From: Botryllus schlosseri
Lineage: Eukaryota
Direction of reading: 5' to 3'
DNA length: 64,000 nucleotides
Assembly: GCA_051294905.1 (NCBI GenBank)
Contig: CM119372.1
Coordinates: 8,248,001-8,312,000 of the forward strand
The notes beneath the pieces are model-generated. The model saw only the letters and a list, made by a program, of their open reading frames with translations, was not told the DNA's origin and did no database searches. Position numbers and translations under genes: made by a program. Positions 1 to 12,931 of this stretch are shown piece by piece (positions within the stretch are counted from its first letter, which is position 1; each line of letters starts with the position of its first letter).

Positions 1-128
1 GCGGCGATGACGTATTTCTGTCGCTCACTGATGGCTTACGATGTCTACACGTGATGCAGAAAGGAAGATCATGCTCGGATTATAAAATACGATTTTGTTG
101 CCGAATAATAAACTTTTGGGCAAAGTAA
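1..128 (+). CDS. 3' end of an exon encoding the C-terminal half of a mucin CysD/WxxW domain (gene starts upstream of the window)
   Basis: Frame from nt 3 reads GDDVFLSLTDGLRCLHVMQKGRSCSDYKIRFCCRIINFWAK* (TAA 126-128). It aligns without gaps to the exon at 17780 (GDHVLMSLDDGLRCFNNMQSGKLCSDYEVRFCCR) and has the CysD C-terminal signature GLxC...CxDYxxRFCC. Could instead splice at GTAAAG (125) to the acceptor at 1278. Confidence 0.85.
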   Translation, partial: GDDVFLSLTDGLRCLHVMQKGRSCSDYKIRFCCRIINFWAK

Positions 129-752
129 AGCTATATATCACACGGACGAGAGGATTTGATGTGTCCGTGTCGTCAGGGCCCAGACTGCTATAGCAGGGTT
201 ACTTAAAGTATGGGTCGCGAGAGTATGAATTAGGGTCCCGACCAGCCTAGAGAAATTGCTAAATTTCTAACCACAATAACAATTTTTCGCGCTTTGCGCG
301 ATCTCATGCGCATGGTTTATTCCAGTGGTGGCTCTTGACAATATCGAGTGATCTGGCAGGAGGTGCACGCGATGTATGTTGTCTAAATGACGTCATAATA
401 GTGTATTCCGACGTGAAAATGTGACTTCATGGTGGTCACACACAGTTTCTACGGGGTATAGACATTAGGTATGGTTACCTAGGCTTACGTATTTCAAATT
501 ATTCTGAAGAAAATATGAAGTACAGTAGTCCATACCTGCATATTTTAATGTTTGTACCAGCAGGCCTATTGTGCGCGGCGTGATTTCATTGTTGCAAAAT
601 GTTCAATGACGATTTCATTGAAATCTGGAATACCCAGAATGACAGCGTTGAAAATCGAGAGAACGCAGCTAAAGCATCGAGCCTCTCTTTGCACATCCCG
701 ATCCTAAGAAAGGACCAAGTCTCTTTCTATACTTCTAATTTTTGCTCGAAAG

Positions 753-1153
753 CAGGGGTTCCCTACCTTTTTCGACTCAGCACCGCCTTATCAATTTTGA
801 CTTGAATTTTCACCCCCTCTCCGATCCGAAAAAGAGGACATGTAATCGGGAAATTTATTCACTTAACTCTGTTCGCTGGTGAATTTACGAAAAAGGTCTT
901 TTCCGAGGTGATGAGCTCGGAAAACCAATTTCCGCGTCTACTTTCTGTTGAGTTGATCTTTTTTTGCATCATATACAGAATAAGCCGCTTTCACTTGCAT
1001 ATTTTGGCCGTGTTAATTAAATATACCGCACTGGACGCTCTAACATTTTCGCCCCAAATCCCCCCCCCCCCAGTCGCCCACTTTGGTGTTTTCGCTCCCT
1101 CTTAATCAAAATAGCCCACTGTTGGGCGATATCGCTCATGTTGGGAACCCATG
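753..1153. mobile_element. hAT-type MITE (CAGGGGTTCCC...GGGAACCCATG)
   Basis: Terminal inverted repeats; imperfect 8-bp flanks CTCGAAAG/CTTCAAAG; partial sibling in opposite orientation at about 31790-31966. Confidence 0.6.
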
Positions 1154-1589
1154 CTTCAAAGAAAACTGTATAAACGGCGTACGGAGCGCAAAGATTCAAC
1201 ACGATTCATGTTCGCACTTGACCTGACTAACAATCTGCAGATATGACTCTGACTTGACTTATTGTGTATTCCTTACAGGAATGGTCATCGAGTTCAGACA
1301 GATACGCCATTGTTATCTCATAGATTGGCCCTGTCATATTCAATTCAACGCATCATTTTGAATGGTCTTTGAAGAACGATAGCGATAGATAACGATCGAT
1401 ATCGGGAATGAAATTAGGTCTGGGGACAACATAGGAGATTTAGATTTTGGCCTTGAACTGGAGACTGTGATACAACATATACGGCTTACTGACGATACTG
1501 CTGCGAAACCGACATAGGGAAATATATTACCGACTAATTACGTGAATAAAAACCGTAAACTTGTACAATATTATACATGACATCATCGA

Positions 1590-2370
1590 TAAGTAGCATA
1601 TACGCAATCTCATGACCCATTTCGGTATGGTGCACTGTCAAAATCAATACAGACAGACCAACGTCGAGCATATTGAGGAATGGGCTTATCGAGTGCTCAT
1701 CTGTTAGCCGACATCGAAAACGATATAATTAGCGCACATTCGCACTTGACAGGGGATTGTAAGCAAATGGCTTGAAGGTCACAATTTCACGGTGGAATGG
1801 ACATTAGAGAACATAAAATTAAGTAAATATTTGAATGCAAACCGAGAATCTTGGTAAACTGATTCATGAGATCATCGATATGATACCATGTGAAATCTCG
1901 TTACCTATCTCAGTGTGGAACTCAGTTAAAATTAGCACAGACCAACACCGGCTTTTGCGTAAAATCCGCAATACAGTGGTAAATGCCAGATCAGCGAACA
2001 CCTCTACCACACTCGAACTCGATAACGAAATTACTGCCCTTACCATTGAGACTTGGCAACCTTGAGACTTGGCACAGCGTTCTAAACTAAAGTCAAGACA
2101 TATACCGTGTCAAATCTCATGACCGATATTGGCATTGAACATCGTTAAAATCACTAGAGACTAATACCGGCTTTTGAGTGAAATCTATTTGCGATACATT
2201 ACGGATCAGCACACACTCGACTTTGGAAACGAAAATACTACCCTAAACCAAGCGAAGCGACTCTGAAAGTTGGAACAGTGTTAGATATCACCATCAAAAC
2301 ATACCATACCAAATTTCAAGACTTATCATGATACGGAACACCGTGCAAATCGACATGGTGCAGCAGCGGC
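1590..2370. repeat. Degenerate tandem repeat, about 4 units spaced 200-290 bp
   Basis: Recurring motif 'aaatctc(a/g)tgacc...gttaaaat...gac(c/t)aa(c/t)accggctttt' near 1605, 1890, 2110 and, more degenerate, 2310. Confidence 0.55.
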
Positions 2371-2479
2371 CGATTCAACGCACAAGTAGCGGAGTTCAGA
2401 TACTGACACATTGCTACATCACACATGCAGGGCAAATCGGGGCAAAGTTCTAACTTGCACTTGTGATACCATGGCAGTA

Positions 2480-2782
2480 GGGCTGTTCAAAAATAACTTT
2501 TTTTCCCGGATTCCAGCCATTCACTGATTAAATTGTCAAGTTACCCTAAAAAACGCTGCGCACCAAATTTGGTTCAATTATAACAAGTAGAGGACTCCGC
2601 AGATCCAATTAAAATTTTTAATTTATTAGGTGAAATTGAAAAAAAAAATTCAAATTTTCTGCCAACTCCATGAAATTGTTGAGCTGTCTTTAAAGACGAT
2701 GCAAAACAAATTTGACTCAATTCCAACCAGTAGAAACGGAGTTATTTCAGTTTTTCTTTGATAATCCTCGGATTATCCTTGA
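2480..2782. mobile_element. Truncated copy of the TA-flanked long-TIR MITE family (intact copy at 52080-52519)
   Basis: Starts TA|GGGCTGTTCAAAAATAACTTT...CCGGATTCCAGCCATTCAC and matches the reverse complement of about 52200-52519. Confidence 0.8.
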
Positions 2783-3299
2783 TCATTCGTCTTCCATACT
2801 TTCGCAGCGTCGTGGAAAGCCCGATTCGCTATACGTTATTCTCGGTATCATATCCATTGCGCAACACCCGACGGCTATATGTATTCAAAGCTTCTGCAGA
2901 GATTAATGAATAATATGCGCAGGCATGCAGCGCTTTCACGAGATCTATCCATATTGCCCATTAATTATTATTTGCCAGTCTTTCTTTCCAGTGGTGGCAA
3001 AGGAATTGAATTTATATTTCTACGATGTTTTTAATCTTTTAATGTTCAACATTTGCTGTAATTAACGAGTGGCGCGGATCGTAAGATACCAACGCTACGG
3101 CGCCAATGGGATTTTAGGTGCGAGCCTTAGTTATTCTACTTGTCGAGGTTTCTCTGCGGGTTCCACATCAGCGACATTACTGCAATTGGAGTCTCGAATT
3201 GCCTTGAGAAGGCCATAAATGAAAGTTAGATGAGCTACAAGTCGGCAGCAACGATCCGCTTAATGAAGCATGGTTCAGAGGTAGAAAGCATCATAGAAT

Positions 3300-3302
<3 letters not shown>

Positions 3303-3331
<29 letters not shown>
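3303..3331. repeat. (GA)n microsatellite upstream of N1
   Basis: Perfect GA run seen directly. Confidence 0.95.
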
Positions 3332-3388
3332 CAAGAATAGGACGTCCGAGAATGTATTGAACATTCATTACTGATGTCATTGTCATGT

Positions 3389-3395
3389 TATAAAA
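3389..3395 (+). promoter_or_regulatory. Candidate TATA box of N1
   Basis: TATAAAA about 280 bp upstream of the ATG at 3670; motif only. Confidence 0.3.
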
Positions 3396-3669
3396 AGCGT
3401 AAAATACCAATTCTTTATCATTACAAGTTTTATCACTATCCTATATTCCACCGAACGCCTGAAGGCAGCTGAAGACAATATCGTGCAAGACAGGTTACTA
3501 AGGTTTCAAGAAGTTAGCATAACGGAATTCAAGTTGATTTAGGTTTACGAAAGAACTGTCGTATCGATATAAGTGACGAGGCTTATCAGGTGCAAGCGGG
3601 CTGTAGCGTGTAGCCGAGCTAGGATCGTGATCTGGATTACCACAGCAAGTCTGCCAGCAGCATCTCCCG

Positions 3670-6600
3670 ATGTACCTGGTTGCTCCGTTTTGCCTTCTTG
3701 TCGTTTTCAGCTTCGACGTTGAAGGTAAATATTGTAAACTTTAGGATTTACTACACGGAAATTCGGTTTCAGAGTAAAAGTACCCTATAAGTCCACGAGT
3801 TTTTGAAGAAAACATTGTCGTAAACACAAGCAGGCACTCAAATCACGGTGTGTTGGGCTGAATTGTCTCAACAAAGCGGGTCCCTTCAAACTGGACCACG
3901 GGTGCGGACTGGGCAAACTGGTGTACATGGGTGATTCGATTCTCAATCGAGTATTAGGCTTCGAGTCGAGTCCAGTATTCGAGTATTAGTCATTATGACT
4001 CCGTGACAGTGTGAATGAAGAAAATCTTTTCAAAAGTTTGGCGTTGTGACGCGACAATGTCGTCTGGAAAAACAATGCCACAGCTCAGGAGCAAGTGAGC
4101 ATCGCCGCAAACCACAACACACAATTCGAGGCTGAATTTTTTGTGTCTGTTTTCTAGGGCCACGGGCAGAGTAGAATTTACATTTTCGTAATCAGTACTG
4201 ATGAAGCTTTCGATTGATATCTGTTTTATCGAATTTCGCGCCCGGCCAGTCTAAATATTGCTGTAAATGCCCATGATAGTCAAATGCAGAAAATGACGCA
4301 GTGAGGACGAATTGCCAAAAAGGAGGACATTTAGGCGTCATCGGAGGACATTTTCAATTTCCTGAAAAAGGAGGACAAATCCTCCTAGAGGTGGACGTAT
4401 GGTAACCAATGTCTCCTCCAATTTTTGACGCGTCTGCGCACACCAGTGTTGGGATCAAGTCACTACCTTCGAGTCACGAGTCATTTCGAGTCATTGCACA
4501 TTTTGACTCGAGTCAAGTCAAGTCAATCGATTTTCTAAAGTGACTCGAGTCAAGTCAAGTCACCCAATTCTCGGAGGTGACTCGAGTCAAGTCGAGTCAA
4601 GTCAAGTCAAGTCAAGTCAAGTCAAGTCAAGTCAAGTCCAGTCACGAGTCAAGTCATAATTCAAGTCAAGTTGCCTTTTTGAAGTATGAGACATGATTAC
4701 GTCATTGCATTTTGCTAGCTGGCTGAAATATAGATTGAGTGGTCATTGATTCTGAACCGATGGACGAATACAGAGATAAACATACACGCAAGAAGGCCCT
4801 GTATCGCTCACATATAGCCTACGTGGCATAGCCCCGTTTTATAGGTACTAGCCAAAATAGAGAATAGATAATAGAAAATCGAATTGATATAGATGCAATA
4901 CATTACCCATTTACAAATTGATATGATACAATTCGAGCCTGCGCCAATGGTTGAGGAATAGATAAACTATATTCGAATTCAATTTCAATAAAACAGGAGG
5001 TTTCGTTAGGGTAAGTACAGAGAACAGAAATAGACATCTTGCTATTAAATTATTTTACTATAATTTATGGCAGCATAAGCTGTAAGCTTCGATCACTTCG
5101 TTTGCGGAAAATTTATTTGTGAGAGAGCAATGGAGGCTCAGTAAAACGCAGGATCATTGAATGATTGGTCGCTCTCACGGCGTTTCACACCAGCGTTTCG
5201 CGAACAATCCGACCATATGCTAGATACAGTGATTTTTACCGACACCGATTACTTCATGACTTGAAATTGACTCGTGAATTTTGCTCCGAGTCACGAGTCA
5301 ATCCACATTTCTGATACGCCGAGTCAAGTCAAGTCAAGTCATTCTAGCAAGGTGACTCGAGTCAAGTCAAGTCATTCGAAAAAAGTGAATCGAGTCTGAC
5401 TCGAGTCAAGTCATGACTCGAGTCATCCCAACACTGGTGCACACTCACCAACTCACTGCGCAGACCCTTGGACAACAGTGCGTAACGACTAAATTAAAGG
5501 TCCTCATTTCGGATTTTTTATGCAGAACTTAGATTTTCTGTGCGCAGAAACCGTCTGAGCACTGCGCATTTGCGCACGTGCGCATCTTAGAGGGGGCATT
5601 GATGGTAACCCTACTATTAAAGGACATTATGAAGTGCCTGATTTGAGGACGTCTAATGCTTTGGTCTGGCTTGAACCGGTTGTTGTACTGTTGTGCTCTG
5701 CAGTCGTTGCAATGGATCCGTCGTGTGTGTTAAGTTTGATCCAGTGGAACCTATGGCGAGTGTAGCCATCCACTAACAGTTAGACGGGTCAACGACCGAA
5801 TGGCTACACATGTAATATCTCTGTATTGACGATGGATGGTAGCAGAGACTTGGTGTCACGTATATATCCGGGCATTTTTTCACAAATGAAGGTTCTACAA
5901 TTTAGATCAGGCGTGTCAAACTCAATAAGGGTCGCGGACAAGATTGAAACCTTATGATCTCCCGCGGGCTGCACAGTCAAATGAAGCCAAATGGTACCGG
6001 TTATCCCCCAAATCCAGACCTTTGTGCTTCACTGGATTTATTCATTATGAAGCCTATGCATAATATATATTATTACGGATGATTTGGGGCTCTAGCCTCT
6101 GTATTCTGGCAACATATGTATTCGGAAACAACGGAATTGGCGACAATTACGATTTGAAACCGATTGCATATACAATACATCTATAAACCGCTAAAATAGT
6201 GGCTTTAACCTGCTAGTCACAACAATATAAATTGATATCTTTCTATGCACCCGTTGTTTTAGTCGCGTCGCGCGAATTGGCCGAGCGTGTATTTTGTGAG
6301 GAAGACCAGAGTTTAACTGTAAACGCGGTCACCAAAATTTGCCGCGAGATGGTTACAACGTGGCATACGAACAATGAACACGTTAAACATTTCCTGTCTT
6401 GAGGAATTATTTACATGAAAGTTGATATTATTAAGAATCTCAACTTTTCTTATAAATGTGATAGAATTGAATAGTATGAAAACATATTGAAATGAGCCCG
6501 AAAATTTTCGACTGACACTCGTCAGGGTAATCGTCAGCAATTAGTAGAGAATTGGGTTCATTTCAATATGAATATACTATTCAATTGCATATTGAAGTTC

Positions 6601-9600
6601 TGCACCTGCAAGAAGCTCTTCAAAAATGATAGATAATACAAGTATTTTTCCATTTATTCAGAACTGGATAAAATCGTCTGTTGGGCAGTATACGTTTGAC
6701 ACCCCCGATTTAGATGATTAAATTGAAGTCAATTTTGATTGAAATGTTTCGTAGAACCTAAATGCTGTTGAAATTCCACAGGCTGTCACAATGCTCAACA
6801 CACACAGCCGACTGCGGCTTTAACGTTCTCCGGACGAAAGCGAAGAGAGGTAAGTTGTCCCGACTGCGCAGAAGATGTGGACGAGGACTTGTCTTCATTT
6901 TTCACTGATTGCATGATGTCAAAACGTCCGGGAGAGTTTACATCGTGGAGAAGCGTAGTCGATTTCGTTATCAGAGATTCAAAGTGGTTTCAAGCAACTG
7001 ATGAAGAGTTTTGCAGGTGAGGCTCGAGGATATGTGGGTATCTGGTTTAAGTCCATTCTAAACCGACGGGTATAAATTTGAAAATACGTAATGTCAAAAC
7101 ACGAAGATGCTATAGCGGGACTAACCAAATTTAATGACTGATTCAGCTTCGATAACGGAATTATTAGGGCTACTTTCTTCACTGGAAATGGAAGCACATT
7201 ATTTTAACCTGACACGTGCATTTGTTTTAGCGGGCGTAAAGACAGCGCCAAATGCTGGCAAAGGCGCACAGAGTACATGTTGAATTTCCAATCTTCTCTG
7301 ATATCCCCCACAAAGGATTGTATTGCGGAGTACGACAGACACGTGAAGGACTCATGTGAGGATTTTGCTATCTCTATATGAACAGACGACATAGATGCAC
7401 GGAAACAAAAGCGCTTATGTAATTCTAATAATAATCCAACTCAGTGGTTCTTAAACTGGGGTCCATGTGTCCGGTGTTGACCGTTTATAGTCATCAGGTC
7501 GCTGATCTAACTAAACCTAAACAGGGAATAGAGCAATTGCGGATCGGAACCAGGCACGTGAATTTCGATAATACATGATGAATATCCTAAAAATTATTCG
7601 AATAATAAGTCTTACAATCTTTCGCAGCCTTGTAGAAAGCCCGATTCACTATATGTTTATCTCGGTAATATATGCATTCGACATTGTTTATCTATGATCT
7701 TCGACAAAATTGATTGCAACATATCCCTGCCTTAACACGTTAGTAATAATCAATAATTATTATAGCAATAATATACTTGGGGAATGTTTGCAGTTGCAAA
7801 AAAAAACATTTTTTTTATTCAAGAAACAATAATGACGCGTCAAGCGAGTCGAATATCAAGAGAATACATTGCCTCGAGCTACGGGTAATTATAAAGTCTA
7901 ATAGATAAATACATAGTACACACCTTTCGAAGACCAATACCCATACAACAATCTCAAGGACTCACGGGAATACTGTATTATTCGGTATATTATTCGGTAC
8001 TATTATATACTTGGCGAAAAAGAAGTTTCGCTACGATTAATTGAAACCAGAGGTTGCAATTATGCGTTCCTTGTCAATATTTAATTATTTCAAGTTCAGG
8101 CACGAGTAGGCCTAATGGAAAATAACAAGACTATACCTTATATATATGCGAACAAAATTCATGGAAGGCGGTGGCAACGAAAATTCAAGCCAAATCGTAA
8201 GTCCACATGACTACCGAAATTTTTCAAGGAATCATATGGAAATCCTTGAATATGCCCGAACTGCTCTTTCTATAATTTACCATTAATTAGACATTAAGCT
8301 TATTACACAACTTTTGGGTTAGTTCGGAAATTTATGAGTATTTTCAATTTTCTTTTCGTCCGGTTACTATGACAATATTATTCGATAAAGAGATAATACA
8401 ACACTACTTTTTACTTGAAAAAATAAAAAGTGCATAAACGAAGCACTTTCGCTTCAGAACACGCTAAATATAGAAGCTGATCACATCACCATACTTGAGC
8501 AATGAGCACGCAGTGCAAGTATAGGCAAAGTATACTGTACTTGCGTGTTCTGATAAAGCATGGGCGTATACATCTGGTATTTCGACAGATGGTGCCGAAT
8601 TCGAGCAGTATTACATCAAGAACTTCGACATGTACGACTACGAAATTTCTATTGGAGAATTTATGCGACCGAAACGCAACCTAACGGATTCCGACGACGG
8701 AGTGAATAAATTTGCTGGCGCAGTTGTGGATGTAGCGAACCAAATCGCACAGAATTGCCACTTATACGACGTACTTCTGTACGGCGAATGCCTAGTGTCT
8801 AAATTTGAAGATATATTGGATGCATTTCTCATCACTCACCCATCCCTTACATATTACAACCAGACTGTGAACGACAAGTTCGTGAAAGAACACTACTCAA
8901 GTTGCAGGTAACTTTTCGATTTATAACAGAGAAAAAAATGACATTAGCGTCTACGGAATGCGAGATGGAGACAAATGAGAGATAAACGATTTCATTTCGA
9001 CGATATCACATTACAAATATATGCCACATAAGTACGCTATCCTGGACAATAAAATGACCGCAATAATGGTTATCTCCGAGAAGACAATTTTGACGGAATC
9101 TTTTGATTTGTAAACGTTGTAAAAATGAACTGTATGCATAGTTATCGTATAGGTACATTTTCTATCTATTTGAAAAATGGATCTCAAAATTTGATAAAAT
9201 AGTCATAATAAGCTACTTTGGTTCCAACACGACGATTTCCGCCGCCCATTTCCGTATACCGAACTCCGACAAAACCAAAAAGCAGCCATATACCAAACTG
9301 CACATTTGCGACCCGAAAACTATCAGAATCCAAATATACTTTCCCATTTTGACACCTTGCAAATAACTAGTGACATTTACATGGGATACGCACGTCCAAG
9401 CAACAAATTGTGCTTACCAAGAAATTATTCAGGTCAATGCGTTCTTATGGTTTTACAGGATATCTGTAGCAGAAGTGAATGGGAAGACGATATACACGGA
9501 GCACTGCCCGCTTATCGCCACAGCGGAAGAGAATCCTACCAATTCATTCCGCCATGCGGATGTGGCACCCAGAAACTCCTGCCTCATATCTGATTACCTG

Positions 9601-11142
9601 CAGATTGTTAAACCAACTTCGCCCGTCTATTCGATGTACTCAAGTTGCGCTTCCGAGTCCAGAGAACGGTTGGGCTTTACTACCCAGGAACCAGCTATAA
9701 CTCGCGCCATCGTAACGGAAAAGCCTGAACCTTTAGAGATCAGGAAGTTCGGGAAGAAACGTAAGTATTAACCAGGGCTTTGGAGCAGCGGTAAATTTGA
9801 AACTGCCCCAGCTCCAGCTTCGGCGCTCTCTATTATCATAAATTATCTGCGGCTCCGCATTCGAGATCTATCTAATGCAGGGGCGGGCAACATACGGCCA
9901 GCGGGCCGGATCCGGCCCGCGAAGGGATTTTGTCCGGCCCGCGGACAGTTTTCCGTCTTACATGATAATGTGGCCCGCAGCCCCAGTCTGCCAAGATTCC
10001 CATTACTTGCTTACTACGTCAAATTTTAGTGACTCTATGTTAGTATATGCGTGTATCCAAAGCGTGCGAGAGTATGGAGCTTACGCGTAAGTTCGTCGAA
10101 GCGAGAAGCAGACTTGCATTATCGGCATTTACGATGTACTCAGCCCTAATGTCGTTTGTGGTAATCATGGTGTTTGTCGACTATAATGATCATTTACACC
10201 AGGCTGATATATCTTATTTTTAATCCGTAACCGCCGACTTGTAGCACGGCACACTTCTAGGCTTTCGTAAGACACCGCTTATACCAGGCGTCGCCAACTC
10301 AAGACGGGTCGCGGGCCACTTTTCAAATTTCGTGGAGTACGCGTGCCGCAAGAATTCAACATCGATATTAATTACGCCACACAGTTGAACAACGACGCTA
10401 TCTCGTCACCTGATATCCTGGTAAATTTGAGGTACCTGGCTCATCGAACGCCTTGAAATCTTAATTAAGAATTGCACCGTGTGTTCATTGATAAGCTGGA
10501 AGCACCATTGACGGCGCCTGTGTGACGATGCTATTCTCAAATCCACATTGTCTTCGTCATTATCGGCGAGAAATGGCTTTGAAGTGACATTGCTGTCGTT
10601 GAAGTTCATTCATTAAATAAGATTTATTCCTTGTATACGTGGCGTGGATAAATGGGCGAATAATGTATCGATTCAGCAATCCGACCCGCCAAGTACTTAA
10701 AATTCCTATATCCGGCCCGCTAACTGGAGAAGTTGCCAGCCCCTGATCTAATGGTTCAGTCAGTAATCGGTAACAACGGTTGCAGCCGTCCCAGAGAACC
10801 GTCAATTTGTGTGGTTATTCGAAGTCATGTGACGTGATAATTACTGTGTGTCGTCTGCTGATGAAATTACCGCCGCACGAGAATGCACTTAAAGGGGCAC
10901 TGCGCTCTAAAAATGATGTGGTCTCAAATTGAAGGGCAGCAAAACGAGAATTTTTTTCTGGCCGCAGCCATTTCCTTCAGAACGCCACCGTAATGGAGCT
11001 GCAATTTATTGAAATTTCCACAGGACCTTCACGCTCCAGGTGTCGCGGCTGCGCGTCATTCCTTAACCCGTTACATGCACGATGTCTTCACCGTCGCACT
11101 TGCTCGACGCGATTAGGCAGTCACGCAGAGAACGAACTTTAG
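3670..11142 (+). CDS. Gene N1: uncharacterised secreted, furin-processed cysteine-rich precursor (short model about 384 aa; long model with CysD exons about 536 aa)
   Basis: Phase-compatible GT-AG exons: 3670-3724 (signal peptide MYLVAPFCLLVVFSFDVEG), 6782-7016 (CHNAQ...SGRKRR...FFTDCMMSK...SWRSVVDFVIRDSKW...EEFC), 7231-7355 (KCWQRRTEYML...KDCIAEY), 8589-8907 (...MRPKR...YGECLVSK...HPSL...DKFVKEHYSSCR), 9459-9760 (...EHCPL...SCLISDY...SSCASES...). Candidate terminal exon 11024-11142 (RPSRSRCRGCASFLNPLHARCLHRRTCSTRLGSHAENEL*). Exons 1-5 match N2 in sequence and intron phase; the terminal exon is less certain. Confidence 0.85.
4407..5601. mobile_element. hAT-type MITE (CAATG...CATTG), middle layer of a nested insertion
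   Basis: Perfect 8-bp TSD ATGGTAAC; uninterrupted sibling at 55333-55449. Confidence 0.85.
4444..5436. mobile_element. hAT-type MITE with CAGTGTTGGGAT TIRs and subterminal (GTCAA)n/GACTCGAGTC arrays
   Basis: TIRs CAGTGTTGGGAT/ATCCCAACACTG; TSD GCGCACAC/GTGCACAC; inverted second copy at 59674-62444. Confidence 0.92.
5908..6707. mobile_element. hAT-type MITE (CAGGCGTGTCAAAC...GTTTGACACCCCCG)
   Basis: TIRs and perfect TSD ATTTAGAT (5900-5907, 6708-6715). Confidence 0.88.
9878..10745. mobile_element. hAT (Charlie/Buster-like) MITE
   Basis: CAGGGGCGGGCAA...TTGCCAGCCCCTG; perfect TSD ATCTAATG; GGCCCGC subterminal motifs; contains a SINE 3' fragment (about 10195-10280). Confidence 0.88.
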
Positions 11143-12931
11143 ATAGTTGTTGACATATTTCCTTCATAACATCGGCTGATGTCCGTCCGTCGATCAAGTT
11201 TACTGGAATGTAGAAGGTTCCCCTTCACACGAATCGATTGATCTATGAATTAGCGCCACTGAGAATCTGGTGTTGCATCAAAATTTGACAACCTAATTCA
11301 ACGCCGTGCACTGTACTGTACACGTACACAATGCAACGTGTTAGGAACGAAGTAAACTACATGCGCGACAATATTAAAAAAATACGAGTGTATGAAGCAG
11401 ATAAGAATGAATACAGAAAACTTTGGATTACTAACCGGAAATTGCGCACCGAATCTCTAATTGCAATCTTATATCCAACACCAGGGGGTTCGGATATTGC
11501 ACTGACTAGCTTACTTCGCGAGAATCGTGACAATTATATTCGGACTATAGAATGCCATTCTGGGCTGCTTTGATGCATTTCCCTATTTACGTTCGCAAAT
11601 ATTTACTGGAGTAAACGATCATGCGCTGGCATGAATCTCCATTCGTGGACAACTAGGCATACACAATAACACACTGTCCAATTTTGAGCTATCACAAAAC
11701 TATTACCAAAGTACACGTGTATTTGCTGGTATATGTTTCTCGGTGTGCGACGTACGCGCCCCCAAATCGACATGTGAAGCATCATGTCATGTTTTTATTC
11801 TCTTGCGTCGCTTGTATAAATTATTCGTCTGATTACTAATTAGTTGAATTACTCAGCTAACATTATCATCAGCACATGTAACCGTTACAATGGAATCAAT
11901 CACTGCATTATCTATGAGTAGAGTGATCGTCAGCTCATAATCGGGCTGCTATGTGTCGAAGATTCGTTTCATGCTTCTAATCAAGCAGCTTTTAAACAAA
12001 ATTACTCCGCAAAACCTGAGCCCACTGCCTGTATTTCAACTTGCATTACAATATTACTTCTCAGGACTTGTTGTTCACAACTTTAGTTTATCCATTTGGA
12101 AGCAACGAATCAAGCAAGCAATCTTTTTGCAGAAAAAAACAGCTCATCGATATACGAAACGCGTTTTTTAATACGCTGTATTCACAAAAATGGATGAGTT
12201 ATGGCTGTCACATTTCAAATCCTATGTTATGACTGGTGCAAAAGCATTCATAGTTTTATTGCCATTTGTATCTTAATGACTATGACCTATGTCAACATAG
12301 CTTCTTTGTTTTGACCAAAATTAAAAGATGTTCTCGAGAGAGACTGCTTGGAATTGACGACGAAATGCGGGTATGCTGATACAATGCAAAATAACCTCGA
12401 TTCGTATTACCACATTAATCATTTTTTCAAAAAGCATAATACTTCCGAAATTTCAAGATGGCTATAACTGACTAACGCTAAATGGATAAGGACTCTACAA
12501 ATAGGGGAACACTTTCAAATACATTCAGTTACCGCAATACATGGGCTATTTCACGCGGTTCTTATGATAATTTGTTAAAGTGATGCGAAGTTATACCCAG
12601 AACTAGTTTATACTTTTCAAAGCCAAAAGTACTTGCCTTTGTAAAACTGCTGAAGGGAAAGTGAAAGTATTCTAAAACATTATTACCCGAGTAAGTAGTG
12701 AAAGTAGCCGGATCCTATTACTTGAATACTGCAAAGCAGTAGAAGTATTTGTAGGATCTTCATTTCAATTGTTATGATGTATAGATATATAGATATATAT
12801 AGAAAATACAGCTACAACCAACTAAACATGTTTTAAACAAGGGCCTCGTCTATAAACATGTGTTTTACATTCGCTTCCATTTTCCGAATTTCACTCAAAC
12901 ACAATCTTTGTTGTAACACTAAAGTCATCAT

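Larger units (their letters stand above)
4303..5613. mobile_element. Outer MITE end (GAGGAC repeats, terminus ...GGTAACCCTA), interrupted by nested insertions
   Basis: Uninterrupted sibling at about 54864-54982 ends ACGTATGGTAACCCTA; here ATGGTAAC occurs twice (4399-4406, 5602-5609). Confidence 0.75.

Noticed and set aside
1279..1372. Possible terminal exon after acceptor CCTTACAG (1278)
   Set aside because: It could join the donor at 125, but the peptide has no supporting similarity and the upstream exon already has an in-frame stop.
4500..4670. Short regular repeats (GTCAA, GACTCGAGTC; also CCGACT near 24720-24900) resembling CRISPR or telomeric arrays
   Set aside because: No unique spacers, eukaryotic context, and they lie inside TIR/TSD-bounded MITEs as subterminal repeats.
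6850..6856. Perfect-looking donor GTAAGT right after RKRRE in N1 exon 2
   Set aside because: The frame continues to 7016 with strong similarity to N2, and only the 7016 donor fits the phase of the next exon.
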